Assembly: GCA_951406725.2 (NCBI GenBank)
Contig: OX597832.1
Coordinates: forward strand, 67,270,001-67,334,000
DNA: 64,000 nucleotides
Origin: Octopus vulgaris
Taxonomy: Eukaryota
Direction: 5' to 3'
The notes below the pieces were generated by a model. It saw nothing but the letters and a program-made list of their open reading frames with translations. It was not told the origin of the DNA and ran no database searches. Positions 53,709-64,000 of the stretch are shown piece by piece. The translations under genes and the position numbers were made by a program. Position 1 is the stretch's first letter; each line of letters begins with the position of its first letter.

Positions 53709-56024
53709 ACATATGTGTGCGTGTGTGTATGTATGTGCGTGTGTGTGCGTGCTTGTATGTGCATATGTGTGTGTGTTTACATACGTGCATACGTATACAT
53801 TTCACAGTTCCGTTATAGGTGGGATCAACCAAAATGTACCACAGCCAGTGAAAGATAGAGATCATTTAATATATACAATTTAAAAAAGAGTTTTGTGATT
53901 TTGAGATCTTATAATTTAGTAGATTTATATAACATGCCATGTGTCTCTAAGCAGTCTTGCAGGTTCAGTTGGCATTTTAGATGTATTTGTATAAAAACCA
54001 GGACGCTAGTCTACGAGAAATCATGAAAACAAAAGAAAAACGAGAATAACTCGAAGGACATTCAGGCAAAAATTGGAACGAGAGACAGAAAAGAAAAGTT
54101 GGAAAACCAACGTCGTCCTTTTTATCTGTAGATGTCGCGACCCAACTGATGTAGAATAATATAACAGATTAACAGATAGGAGGACAAAGTCTGTCAATCC
54201 AGAGCGGTTTGTATACTTCAGTGCGAAATCCTCAATACCTTTTGTTAATTTTCTATTCAGTCAATATTTTGAAAACATGTACCTCAAATAATGTGCTTCA
54301 ATCCATGTCAATAAAATCATGCCATTTGCAAAATATCCTTTAACTTATGTCCTTAGAAATATGCTTTTGAATCTATATTCTTCAAAATATACACATGAAA
54401 TTAAGCTAATTGGAAAATCTTCAATGTACACGTTCCCAATTGTTCACAAAAATTATCTTTAAAATATGTTCTTCATGTTACATCTATCATAGTTTGTCCT
54501 TTTAACTACGAAATGTATATGTTCACCTAACAGCATCTTTCGATGTACATCTAACAATGTCAATCCCATATGTCCATGATACGAAGTATTTCAGTGAGCT
54601 TTAAAATTTTGAACCATGCTCCCCATCTTTTATCATTTGTCCTCTTTCCTTCGAGCCACGTCGTTCAGACAAGGTGTTTCCTACTCAAGAAACGATAACA
54701 CAACACAAAACATGCCAAGTACAAAACTTCATAGACATTTTTTCATTTATAAGAATCCAGTCATACAAAATGTAATTAAATCATACCCAGGCCTTCTACT
54801 CAGTTTCCAATATGTGGTAGATTCATCAAGATATCAACAATGCTCTATAAAGACACAGAATGTTTTACCATGATGAGTTACAATCATTGCCCTCTAAATG
54901 TTTGTAAGTTACAACAGCCTATGTTACTTAGATATTTATGATGTAATATGTTGTTCATATTCTGTCTTATCACCCCCCCCTCTTTATGTCCTTTAAAATA
55001 TGCCCTTTAATATTTGTCCTTCACAGTGTATACTGCAAACCGTTGTGTAGACTATATGTCTTTCAAAAATATGTCCTTCAGACCTGCTATCACACTTACT
55101 GAATATATACATTATAATATGACATTAGATTATATCGCCTTCATAATGGTGTTAAAAATATGTAAATTACTTTTCAAAGCAACATAAAAATACACATGTT
55201 AACATGACTGAAAGCCATGTATCGCATTAAATTAAGTATACACATTAAAAACAAAATTTGAATGCATACAAAATGGTTCTATAAATGCCAATACGGTTTT
55301 TATCTTATCTCTAAATATACGAAACTTAAATGAAAATTGCAAAGAAGGCAGAAATTAGCACAACCTGTATTACTGAATACTAAAAACAAATATAAAACAA
55401 TAAAATGAGAATTATTCATTATCTGAATATTAACGATTTCAGCAGCGGGATTAGATGAATACTTCTGAAAAGTCATAAATAAAACGCATAACTCTTTCTA
55501 TTCATATATCTGGCAATATAAATTATGAATGTAAAACGTTGAAGATATTTTATCTTCAATAATTTTGTCGCGATTCATTAATAATTTATTCATCTTCCTT
55601 GGGGCTTCACTGATACTTCCAATACACAATATTTTTCCGTGATATATTTCATATTTAATGAACGACAGTAAATGCTAGAATTCTCACATAGTTCACCGAC
55701 ATAACATGCCAAAATAAAGAGATTTCAATTGAAACTGCGTGTGCAATTCAGTGATGTTGTTCTGCATTGTCTAGCCAATAGTCAGCTCAGATCACGCAGG
55801 CATTTAAAACATCAGGGATTTCGTCGGCTAACGTGTCCATTATTTAAAACGATATAAAAGAATTTGAGAGAAATTTCGAACGAAAACAAATTCCGGATTT
55901 GTCTACCTTCACTCCTATTGAAGTAAGAAATTCACAAATTCTACATGCGTTATTCACCTTTCTTTATGAATTTAGGGCGAAGTCATCCATGAATTATTGC
56001 TTTAAATTATTATTTTTGTTAAAA

Positions 56025-56225
56025 TGGCACCCCATTGGTTACGAGGAGGTGTTTTCCAGTTGATCTGATCAATGGAACAAAGTCTTCATGGAATAAATGT
56101 GCAAATGGGTGAGTACGCCACAGACACGAACACCATTAACGCAGCTCTGAAAGAGATTCAGCGTGAGACAGGATGGGAGAAAGCTGGCTCTTAGAAATAT
56201 GACAACTCATTTTTGCCAGCTGATA
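56025..56225 (-). mobile_element. Decayed SINE sharing the tail of 60010-60170
   Basis: ggttacgaggag..ccagttgatctgatcaatggaaca..ccacagacacg..attcagcgtga aligns with 60031-60165. Confidence 0.65.
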
Positions 56226-56347
56226 GAAGAAACCCATAACTGAAAATTGAATGCCTAGTCGACTTGAATTGTATCATATATACATTTTAGATACGCACAC
56301 ACGCATATACATACAGACATACATATATACATACATACATATATATG

Positions 56348-56409
<62 letters not shown>

Positions 56410-56423
56410 CATACATAAATACT

Positions 56424-56487
<64 letters not shown>

Positions 56488-56500
56488 CTACTTACATATT

Positions 56501-56574
<74 letters not shown>

Positions 56575-57253
56575 CAAAATTTAGAGAACTGACCACTAAA
56601 ACAATGGACAGCCTATATGCTAGATATAGACGTCAAAATCGCCATTTTCCACGAAGAATGTGTTCTCAACAAAAAATTCAGCAAAAAATCAAAGTGTAAA
56701 AATAAGCAAGACAAATGAAAATATACGAAATATAAAAAACGATTACCTATGTACTAATTAGTCTCACTTGTTAATATTTACGTATATGGATACGCAAACA
56801 TCTGCAAGATCATCAGCATAGTCTGTTGTTTAGTAGTCAGTCCTCTAAATTTTGTATGTAAAAAATGTTTAATCTCCCGAGTTTTTTAAAGTATGATAGA
56901 GCACTGGATTTAATTGATTAATATCAATTTCTACCCTTATATAATTTTACATATATATATATATATATATATATGTACTTGTATATAGTATGTTATGTGA
57001 AATTATAGAAAGGTATCAAAGAGAATTCAATAAATCTGTTAAAAATTGTGAAGAGATGTTGATATTTAAAAGCATTTTAATATATGCATACGATCGTTTC
57101 AGAATATGAAGACACTTTATTAGAAATCGGTGTTTGGAATCCTCCAGAATCAAAGGACGAAATATAATTCAACCTTTCCAAACACACACATATAAGGTAT
57201 ATGTATGTATATTATGAATATGTTTGTGTATAGATATATATGGAGGTATATAA

Positions 57254-57284
<31 letters not shown>

Positions 57285-57320
57285 CGTGCGTGTGTGTGTG
57301 TATGTATATATATATCCATA

Positions 57321-57385
<65 letters not shown>

Positions 57386-57713
57386 TGTACATTTAAAGAC
57401 AAAAGAGAGGACCAACATAAGACGATTAGCACACTAGAAGGAGTAGCCAAATCCAAACCACTATTAGGGATAAATTTCGAAGGGAATGAAAATAAAAACA
57501 TTTACCATCTATCTCCTGGACAATGGTTTCGAGCTCTAAATTAGCAAATAAATTAATTTGCTAGGCGGCGATCTCTTTAGCAGGAACGCCAAGATTAACA
57601 TATTAATACAAGGCAATATAGTAAATACCGCGTGCTTATATACTTTGTATTTTCTACCTACTATGCCACTGGTTGTAAAAATTTTCTAAAATGTTTCCTA
57701 CCCTGATATTAAT

Positions 57714-57837
<124 letters not shown>

Positions 57838-57842
57838 GTACA

Positions 57843-57990
57843 GGTATCTTTTAGTTTCCGTCTGCCAAATCCATTGACAAAGCATTTGTCGGGCCGATGT
57901 TATAGAAGAAGACACTTGCCTAGCTTGGTACGTAGTGGAACTAAACCCAGAATCACGTCAAGTGGAAGCAAGGCCCTCACCCTACAGCCA
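57843..57990 (-). mobile_element. SINE family A, 5' half
   Basis: Reverse complement of tggctgtaggtgag...caagtgtcttcttctata...gacggaaactaaaaga. Confidence 0.75.
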
Positions 57991-58017
57991 TATCTATGCA
58001 TGCATGCATACATACAT

Positions 58018-58069
<52 letters not shown>

Positions 58070-58553
58070 GGATACATGCTTACATATATATGTGTGTGTG
58101 TGAGTCCTTGAACATACACACACACGCACACACACACCACATCACATATATATATCTGAGCGTATGTATATTTATATTTACGTATTTATATATAATACGT
58201 GTTTGCGTGCATTTTATTTATTGTATGTGGGAAACAAACAGAGGTCGGTGGCTTTTTATTCTGCGTATGACTGATTAAATGAATGTATCATATAACATTT
58301 ACTCACTAATATGAATTTGTGCTTGCGCGTATGTGTGGGTATAGCTTATATGTTCACCTATCATTCTATGTGAATGTAATTAAGCACGGAATACAGATAT
58401 ACTCTACCTAACACGAATGACTAAGTGTTTAATAGATTTGCTTCGCAATGAAAAGCTGTTAGATCCTGTAAACATTCACGAATTATTGTTCATAAACGCA
58501 TACTTACAGACATAGATACAAGCATACATACTCACATGCCCATACATACATAC

Positions 58554-58618
<65 letters not shown>

Positions 58619-59078
58619 GATGGCGATAGAGAGTGATTTCTTTTTTGTATTTATTTTAATGAAACTAAATGTCGATAAACGAAATGTAAAACAACTCTAT
58701 TACTAATATCTACCTACCTAACAAAACGAACAACAAAATTATCATTAAATTGAAACAAACATGGATAGTAGATGTAGCGAGCATTTGTAATAAGAATAAA
58801 ATTAAAATTAAATATGTCATGCATTTTAACATCACGTATAGCATTCCAAGGTTTATAATTTGTACACGAATATTAAATTCTTCGTGAGAAAAGATCATGC
58901 GATTAGATAATGGTTTGTACATTAATGATTAATCACTGGAAAAGCTTTCGATATTTGCTTATTAATTTTCTGTTATTGAATGTATGTTACGAACGATCTT
59001 CCATCTGCTTCGGCGATGGGCGTTCAGTTTTTCGGTCAAATAAATAAATATATAATCATTATTTGACATGTAAGACGA

Positions 59079-59161
59079 TGATACTACTTAACACAGAGAT
59101 TCTTCACATGAATTATATTATATATAATTCATGTGAAGAATCTCTTTGTTAAGTAGTATCA
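59079..59161. repeat. Near-perfect hairpin with ~40-bp arms
   Basis: tgatactacttaacacagagattcttcacatgaattatat pairs with atataattcatgtgaagaatctctttgttaagtagtatca. Confidence 0.92.
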
Positions 59162-59971
59162 CAGAGGTGGGGGGCATTGTAGAACACATTCTATTCTATA
59201 AACTAGCTTTCTTAAAACTCCTGTCAACTCAGTGTTACTGAGAATACTTGGATCCCCCTGAGGTCATACTTGCGCAAGACATCGCGCTGTGTTCGAACCT
59301 GCAAATTGATGTTTTAGTGAAAAACTAGTTAACCACTTGGTCGCAATTGCTCCCATTACAAACATGGACAAAGGGTAAAAGAGGCAGCTCAAAGATGCCA
59401 GTATCCACTATTTTTGGAGGGGTCAATCAGTAACAGGTCAGCAATACCTTAAAACACAGAACTTATGATCAAAGACTTTTCACTCATGACAATCACGTCA
59501 TTTATCAGATGCTACACATCTAGTATCACAGTATCCAGTGCAGTACGTAAATTAAGTTAGATTTGACACTTATCTTTACTAAATTTCTCTCGCCATATAC
59601 AGCTGTCTATGGTCGATTGAGTGCGTTAGATAATGGGATATTCTTCATCTTCCTCTTTCATTCTCTTCATATATCTCTTCCACTTCTCTTCATCTCATAC
59701 ACACAAACAGAGAGCTGTGTTGGATAAAAGTTTAACTGTCTGTGGCTTAAAAATCATCCAAGAATTGGTATCGTCTATCGCGTTGAAATTTTCAAATATG
59801 TTTATCGCTGTATTAGCCAAAACACTTGGACCTTAAATAGCATAGTGGCGATCGATATCGACAACGTATTTTTATTTTCTTGCAGGAGTTCCTTCAAAAA
59901 CTTCCATATTTATAACATGCAAATTATTATCTCCAGTTCTCTACATCTAATAAATATGGTGCATCTAGAAA

Positions 59972-60008
<37 letters not shown>

Positions 60009-60009
60009 G

Positions 60010-60373
60010 GAATGGAATGGAAGCAACCGTCGGTTACGACGACGAGGGTTCCGGTTGATCCGAATCAACGGAACAGCCTGCTCGTGAAATTAACGTGCAA
60101 GTGGCTGAGCACTCCACAGACACGTGCACCCTTAACGTAGTTCTCGGGGATATTCAGCGTGACACAGAGATACTTTGAAATACAGGTACAACAGAAACAG
60201 GAAGTAAGTGTGAGAGAAAGTTGTGGTGAAAGAGTACAGCAGGGATCACCACCATTCCCTGCCGGAGCCTCGTGGAGCTTTTAGGTGTTTCCGTTCAATA
60301 AACTCTCACAACGCCCGGTCTGGGAATCGAAACCGCGAGTTCACTGTCCTAACCACTGGGGCATTGCGCCTCC
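60010..60373 (-). mobile_element. SINE family C (tail variant 2)
   Basis: Minus head ggaggcgcaatgccccagtggttagg...gtttcgattcccagaccggg; body shared with 25350, but a different 3' ~150 bp. Confidence 0.85.
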
Positions 60374-60676
60374 ACACATATATATATATATACACACGCA
60401 CACAAACAAATATGCATCGGCAGGCAGAAAGAGAGAGACACACACACGTACGCCAGGAAGAACACGTTACCTTTAAGATGTCCTGTATAGCATTCATTTT
60501 GATATTGTAACATTATTCCTACAGAGCATATACGTAAGTAAACGTATGACATGCATGTGGAAATGAACTTGAATATAAAATGTAAAAGAGTGCTACAAAA
60601 TGAATCATATTAAAAGAACGCAAATTTTAATACGAAATAGCACTACACAAATGCTGCCAAAATAGTTTAATATATC

Positions 60677-60733
<57 letters not shown>

Positions 60734-61062
60734 GAAAATATGTATGCATATATGTGTATATATATATTTATATATAAACATATATATACACATATATAAA
60801 TATGATATATACATATATAAGAAATAATTGAGATTCAGTTGGATTAGATACTTAAGTTGAAGCAGCAAGTCAGTTCGGTATTAACTTCATAGTTCGAAGT
60901 AAGGAGAATAAAATCAAAATAAGCAGCCGTTTGAAGCGGCTCCATTTAATTGAACAATGCAATCATTACATTAATTTAAATGCAGTGGCATCATCAGCTG
61001 CAGAAATAAATAAATAGAATTTTAACCAGTTGGACACATTTATATACATACATACATACAAC

Positions 61063-61212
61063 GAACTTCTTCCAGTTACCGTCTACAGAATTCAGCCACA
61101 CGGTTTCATTAGCCCTAGGCTATAGAAGAAGACACTTGTCACGCAGTGGGACTGAATACGGAACCATGTGGCCTGAAGCACGCTTTTTATCATACAGCCA
61201 CACCTGCACCTA
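61063..61212 (-). mobile_element. SINE family A, 5' half
   Basis: Reverse complement of aggtgcaggtgtggctgtatg...catggttccgtattcagtcccactgcgtgacaagtgtcttc. Confidence 0.78.
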
Positions 61213-61238
61213 TATGTATATATTTGTGTGTGTATGTA

Positions 61239-61303
<65 letters not shown>

Positions 61304-61808
61304 CGATGACATTTTAATATTTTAATATTTGTTACTAAACACAACTTTATTCGTAAATAACTTTATCCTATATAGGCGTATGCGTAGTTAAGTTTCGCTC
61401 TGTCTTATCCACATTATTGAAACACTTTTGATGCAAACCAAACGAAAGAATTATATTCTTTGTTTATTATAATATGCAGTTATATTTTTAAAAAATATTA
61501 CATGCAAAATGAAATTGATGCAAGCTGTTATGAAGACTTATAACAGCATCTAATCATGGTATTACTTATCTTAAAGCAATGAGCATACAAAAGATGCCCT
61601 AACGACTATCTTTACTGAAAACGGTTTTAGGGTAATTTTCTGCAAATACGCTTCAAACGGTGTTTATTCCAGTTATATCGGATTTGTGAAAAACAGTGTT
61701 ATCGAGGAAAGGATTTACAGAAAGTTCACACGAATCAGCTATGTTTCCCCGTAGTTTTCTGAATAAATAACTTTCATAGTGTGTCGATTAACATAAATAA
61801 CTTCATAG

Positions 61809-61852
61809 TGAGTCGGAGATGAGCCGAGATGTCTTGGCTCATCTCCGACTCA
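61809..61852. repeat. GC-rich hairpin with ~21-bp arms
   Basis: tgagtcggagatgagccgaga-tg-tcttggctcatctccgactca (one G-T pair). Confidence 0.9.
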
Positions 61853-61918
61853 ACCTGTCTTAATTGAACAACGATCAAACGTTTCAGTATAGCAAACCTC
61901 TACAAAATCCGTGTATTG

Positions 61919-63060
61919 TGCGAGGTTGTACCGAAAAGAAACCAGTAGTTTGCAATATTATTTTATTCACTTAGTTTTACATGTTTACACTTTTATGACC
62001 TTTAAAGTATTTCTCTTATTGAAGTAATGCATCAGCCCTGGCACGTTTTCTACAGTTCGAAGTAGTCCTGGAGTTCTTGGGATATGAAGCCTTTTAAAGC
62101 CTCCATCGTTCTTTCCGCATCAGCAAAAGCTCATCCTTTATGGACTTCTTTTCATTCGCGAGTAAGGGAGCAAGATTAGATGAATAGGGTGGATGGGTAA
62201 ACGGGGTCATGCCATTTTTGGTCAAAAATTTCTCAGACTCAAGGTGGGGTACGTAAGCGCATTGCCGTGATGAAACAAACACTATCCGTTACGTTTACGG
62301 GTCGTTTTCATCTCGTTGTATCTCGCAAATGTTTCAGAACTACCAAATAAAATGTTTGACCAGGATTAACAAATACTATATGGACAATTCCTTTCACATT
62401 TATGAAACAAACCAGAATCCTCTGAACGTTGGACTTCACTTGATACACTTTTGTGGAGGCGTGGTGACATTGGATGCTTTCATTGACTTGATTGCTGCTT
62501 CGTTTCTGGATCGTAGCCGAAGCACAGCTTTCAAATGAATGATGACCTTCGAAAGAAGGTTCGGATAAACTCCCGACTGTTCTTTCAGTGTACGATATGC
62601 ATTTAGTTGTGAAGGCTCTTGATATTCCTTGAACAACTGACACACAATTTTTTCTGCAACTCTTTTCATTCGCAATTTCTCGCACAAAATTGGTTGAGAA
62701 GAGTTCCAGGACACACCAATTATATCAACAAATTCGTCAACTGTTCGGCAACTGTCCTCCAAGATCAATTCAGGAATTTTTCTGATGTTTCCACTCGGTT
62801 GTGAGGTCGACAACCGCCCTGAACGAGGTTGATCCTCAACCGGCAAATGACTATTCCTGGTGTGAAAGCCACGCGTAACTTGTGTTTTGCTGGTGGAAGT
62901 GTCCTTGTAATCTGCTTCAAGCACGAGAATGAACTCTTTCAGCCGATATTTTCCCCAGCAGAAAACAGAATTTCTCGGAGGTATGCTTTCTCTTTCTTTC
63001 AGCCATCGCAAAAATCGACGAATAGGGGAGAAACACTGCAAAACAAAGACGCACCCCATA
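61919..63060 (-). mobile_element. Mariner (Tc1/mariner) transposase pseudogene
   Basis: HTH region KTQV..VEDQPRSGRLSTS..IRKIPELILED..GVSWNS..LRMKRVAEKIV; CFINVKGIVH; HPPYSSNLAP (YSPDLAP-like); TIR-like CGAGGTTGTACCGAAAAG at 61921; multiple frameshifts. Confidence 0.9.
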
Positions 63061-63299
63061 TAAGTATGAACTTATTCGGTGTTGCCGGTTGGTAGACTGA
63101 AGCCTGAGGGTCGCATCATGTGACTTTTAGCGGTAGAAGCCTGAACCACAACGGGTATTGGCCCACGGATGCCGCATTGGCTTAGTTTTGTGTACCCCAC
63201 CTCCCGTATATGTAGATTTATCAAATATGTCTTTTCATTAACAAATGGTAATGTGTAATTTGAGGAGTATTTCGCTATGACTTCTCGTTTGTTTAGCAA

Positions 63300-63520
63300 C
63301 TACGTCAATGTTTTTCCATTCGTTCTAGACGTTAATTGACATAAAGAAGGAGAAGAAACACATTTACTGGCACTCGCTCCTTTGACTGACGCTATCACAG
63401 CCTCTATCATGAGGAGGCTTGCTTGGGATGTTGGTGATTTCATTTTCAACCCCACAGTGTGACACTCTGGCAAAATATCTTCCAACGAAACCGAGATCGA
63501 GTTGTTTTTTGACAGACTTG
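63300..63520 (-). mobile_element. Possible very old LINE (RTE-like) RT remnant
   Basis: Minus-strand LGFVGRYFARV resembles the SLLSxVGKIFARV motif; otherwise unrecognisable. Confidence 0.25.
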
Positions 63521-64000
63521 AACGGTAACTTTCTTTAGAATAACAACCTGCGTTTCATTTCTAAACAGGACTCAGATCTTTTGCCTCTTTCCTAAGCTGA
63601 TTCTTCGTTTCTTCACTTCGATTTTATTAACATTATTGGAATCACTATTAGATGCCGTGGGTACAACATATCCGCCTTTAAAGAGATAGCTAAATGAAGA
63701 AAATTTATTTGCAAAAGAAGAGAAAGGGAGAGAGAAAGAGAGAATGAAAATATTTTCAAGTGATCATATACTGAGTTCTTGATGCAAGTAGTCGTCAGTT
63801 TTGCCTCCTTTGTGCTGGGCAGTCCTCAGATATGTGAAGCAACTTACAGTGATTTGTTGAGGGAAATCATAATTTCGATGGCAGGGAAGAGATCATTTCG
63901 ATGCCAGTTAAAGTTACTCATATTAATGCGTACGCTTTTGTATAACGTTGGAGATTTTGAATAATGGGATCGTTAATATATTTTGTAAAAAACAAAATGG

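Overview
AT-rich, microsatellite-dense, repeat-dominated animal genomic DNA. I found no recognisable host-gene exon, rRNA, intact tRNA or CRISPR array. The repeat inventory (tRNA-headed SINEs with internal TA/TG tracts, many (TAA)n-associated R4/Dong-like LINEs, Penelope-like elements) suggests a coleoid cephalopod such as Octopus; this is inference only. Recognisable elements, all degenerate: a Penelope-like RT/GIY-YIG element (223-2720); a cluster of R4/Dong-like RLE retrotransposons, including a near full-length copy (6175-10140); HERO-like, CR1-like and mariner fragments; and at least four SINE families. Most notable: (1) two strongly diverged ~1.8-2.0 kb ORF1-only retroelements (RRM-like region plus CCHC knuckle, no ORF2), each inserted at the identical position in the tRNA-derived head of the same SINE family with a 15-bp target-site duplication; (2) a ~290-bp palindrome with a type I hammerhead ribozyme motif on each strand; (3) a tRNA-headed SINE whose tail is a minimal Penelope-type hammerhead, a hammerhead-bearing 357-bp tandem unit, and several more decayed hammerhead motifs. 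All alignments and folds were done by eye, so boundaries are approximate.
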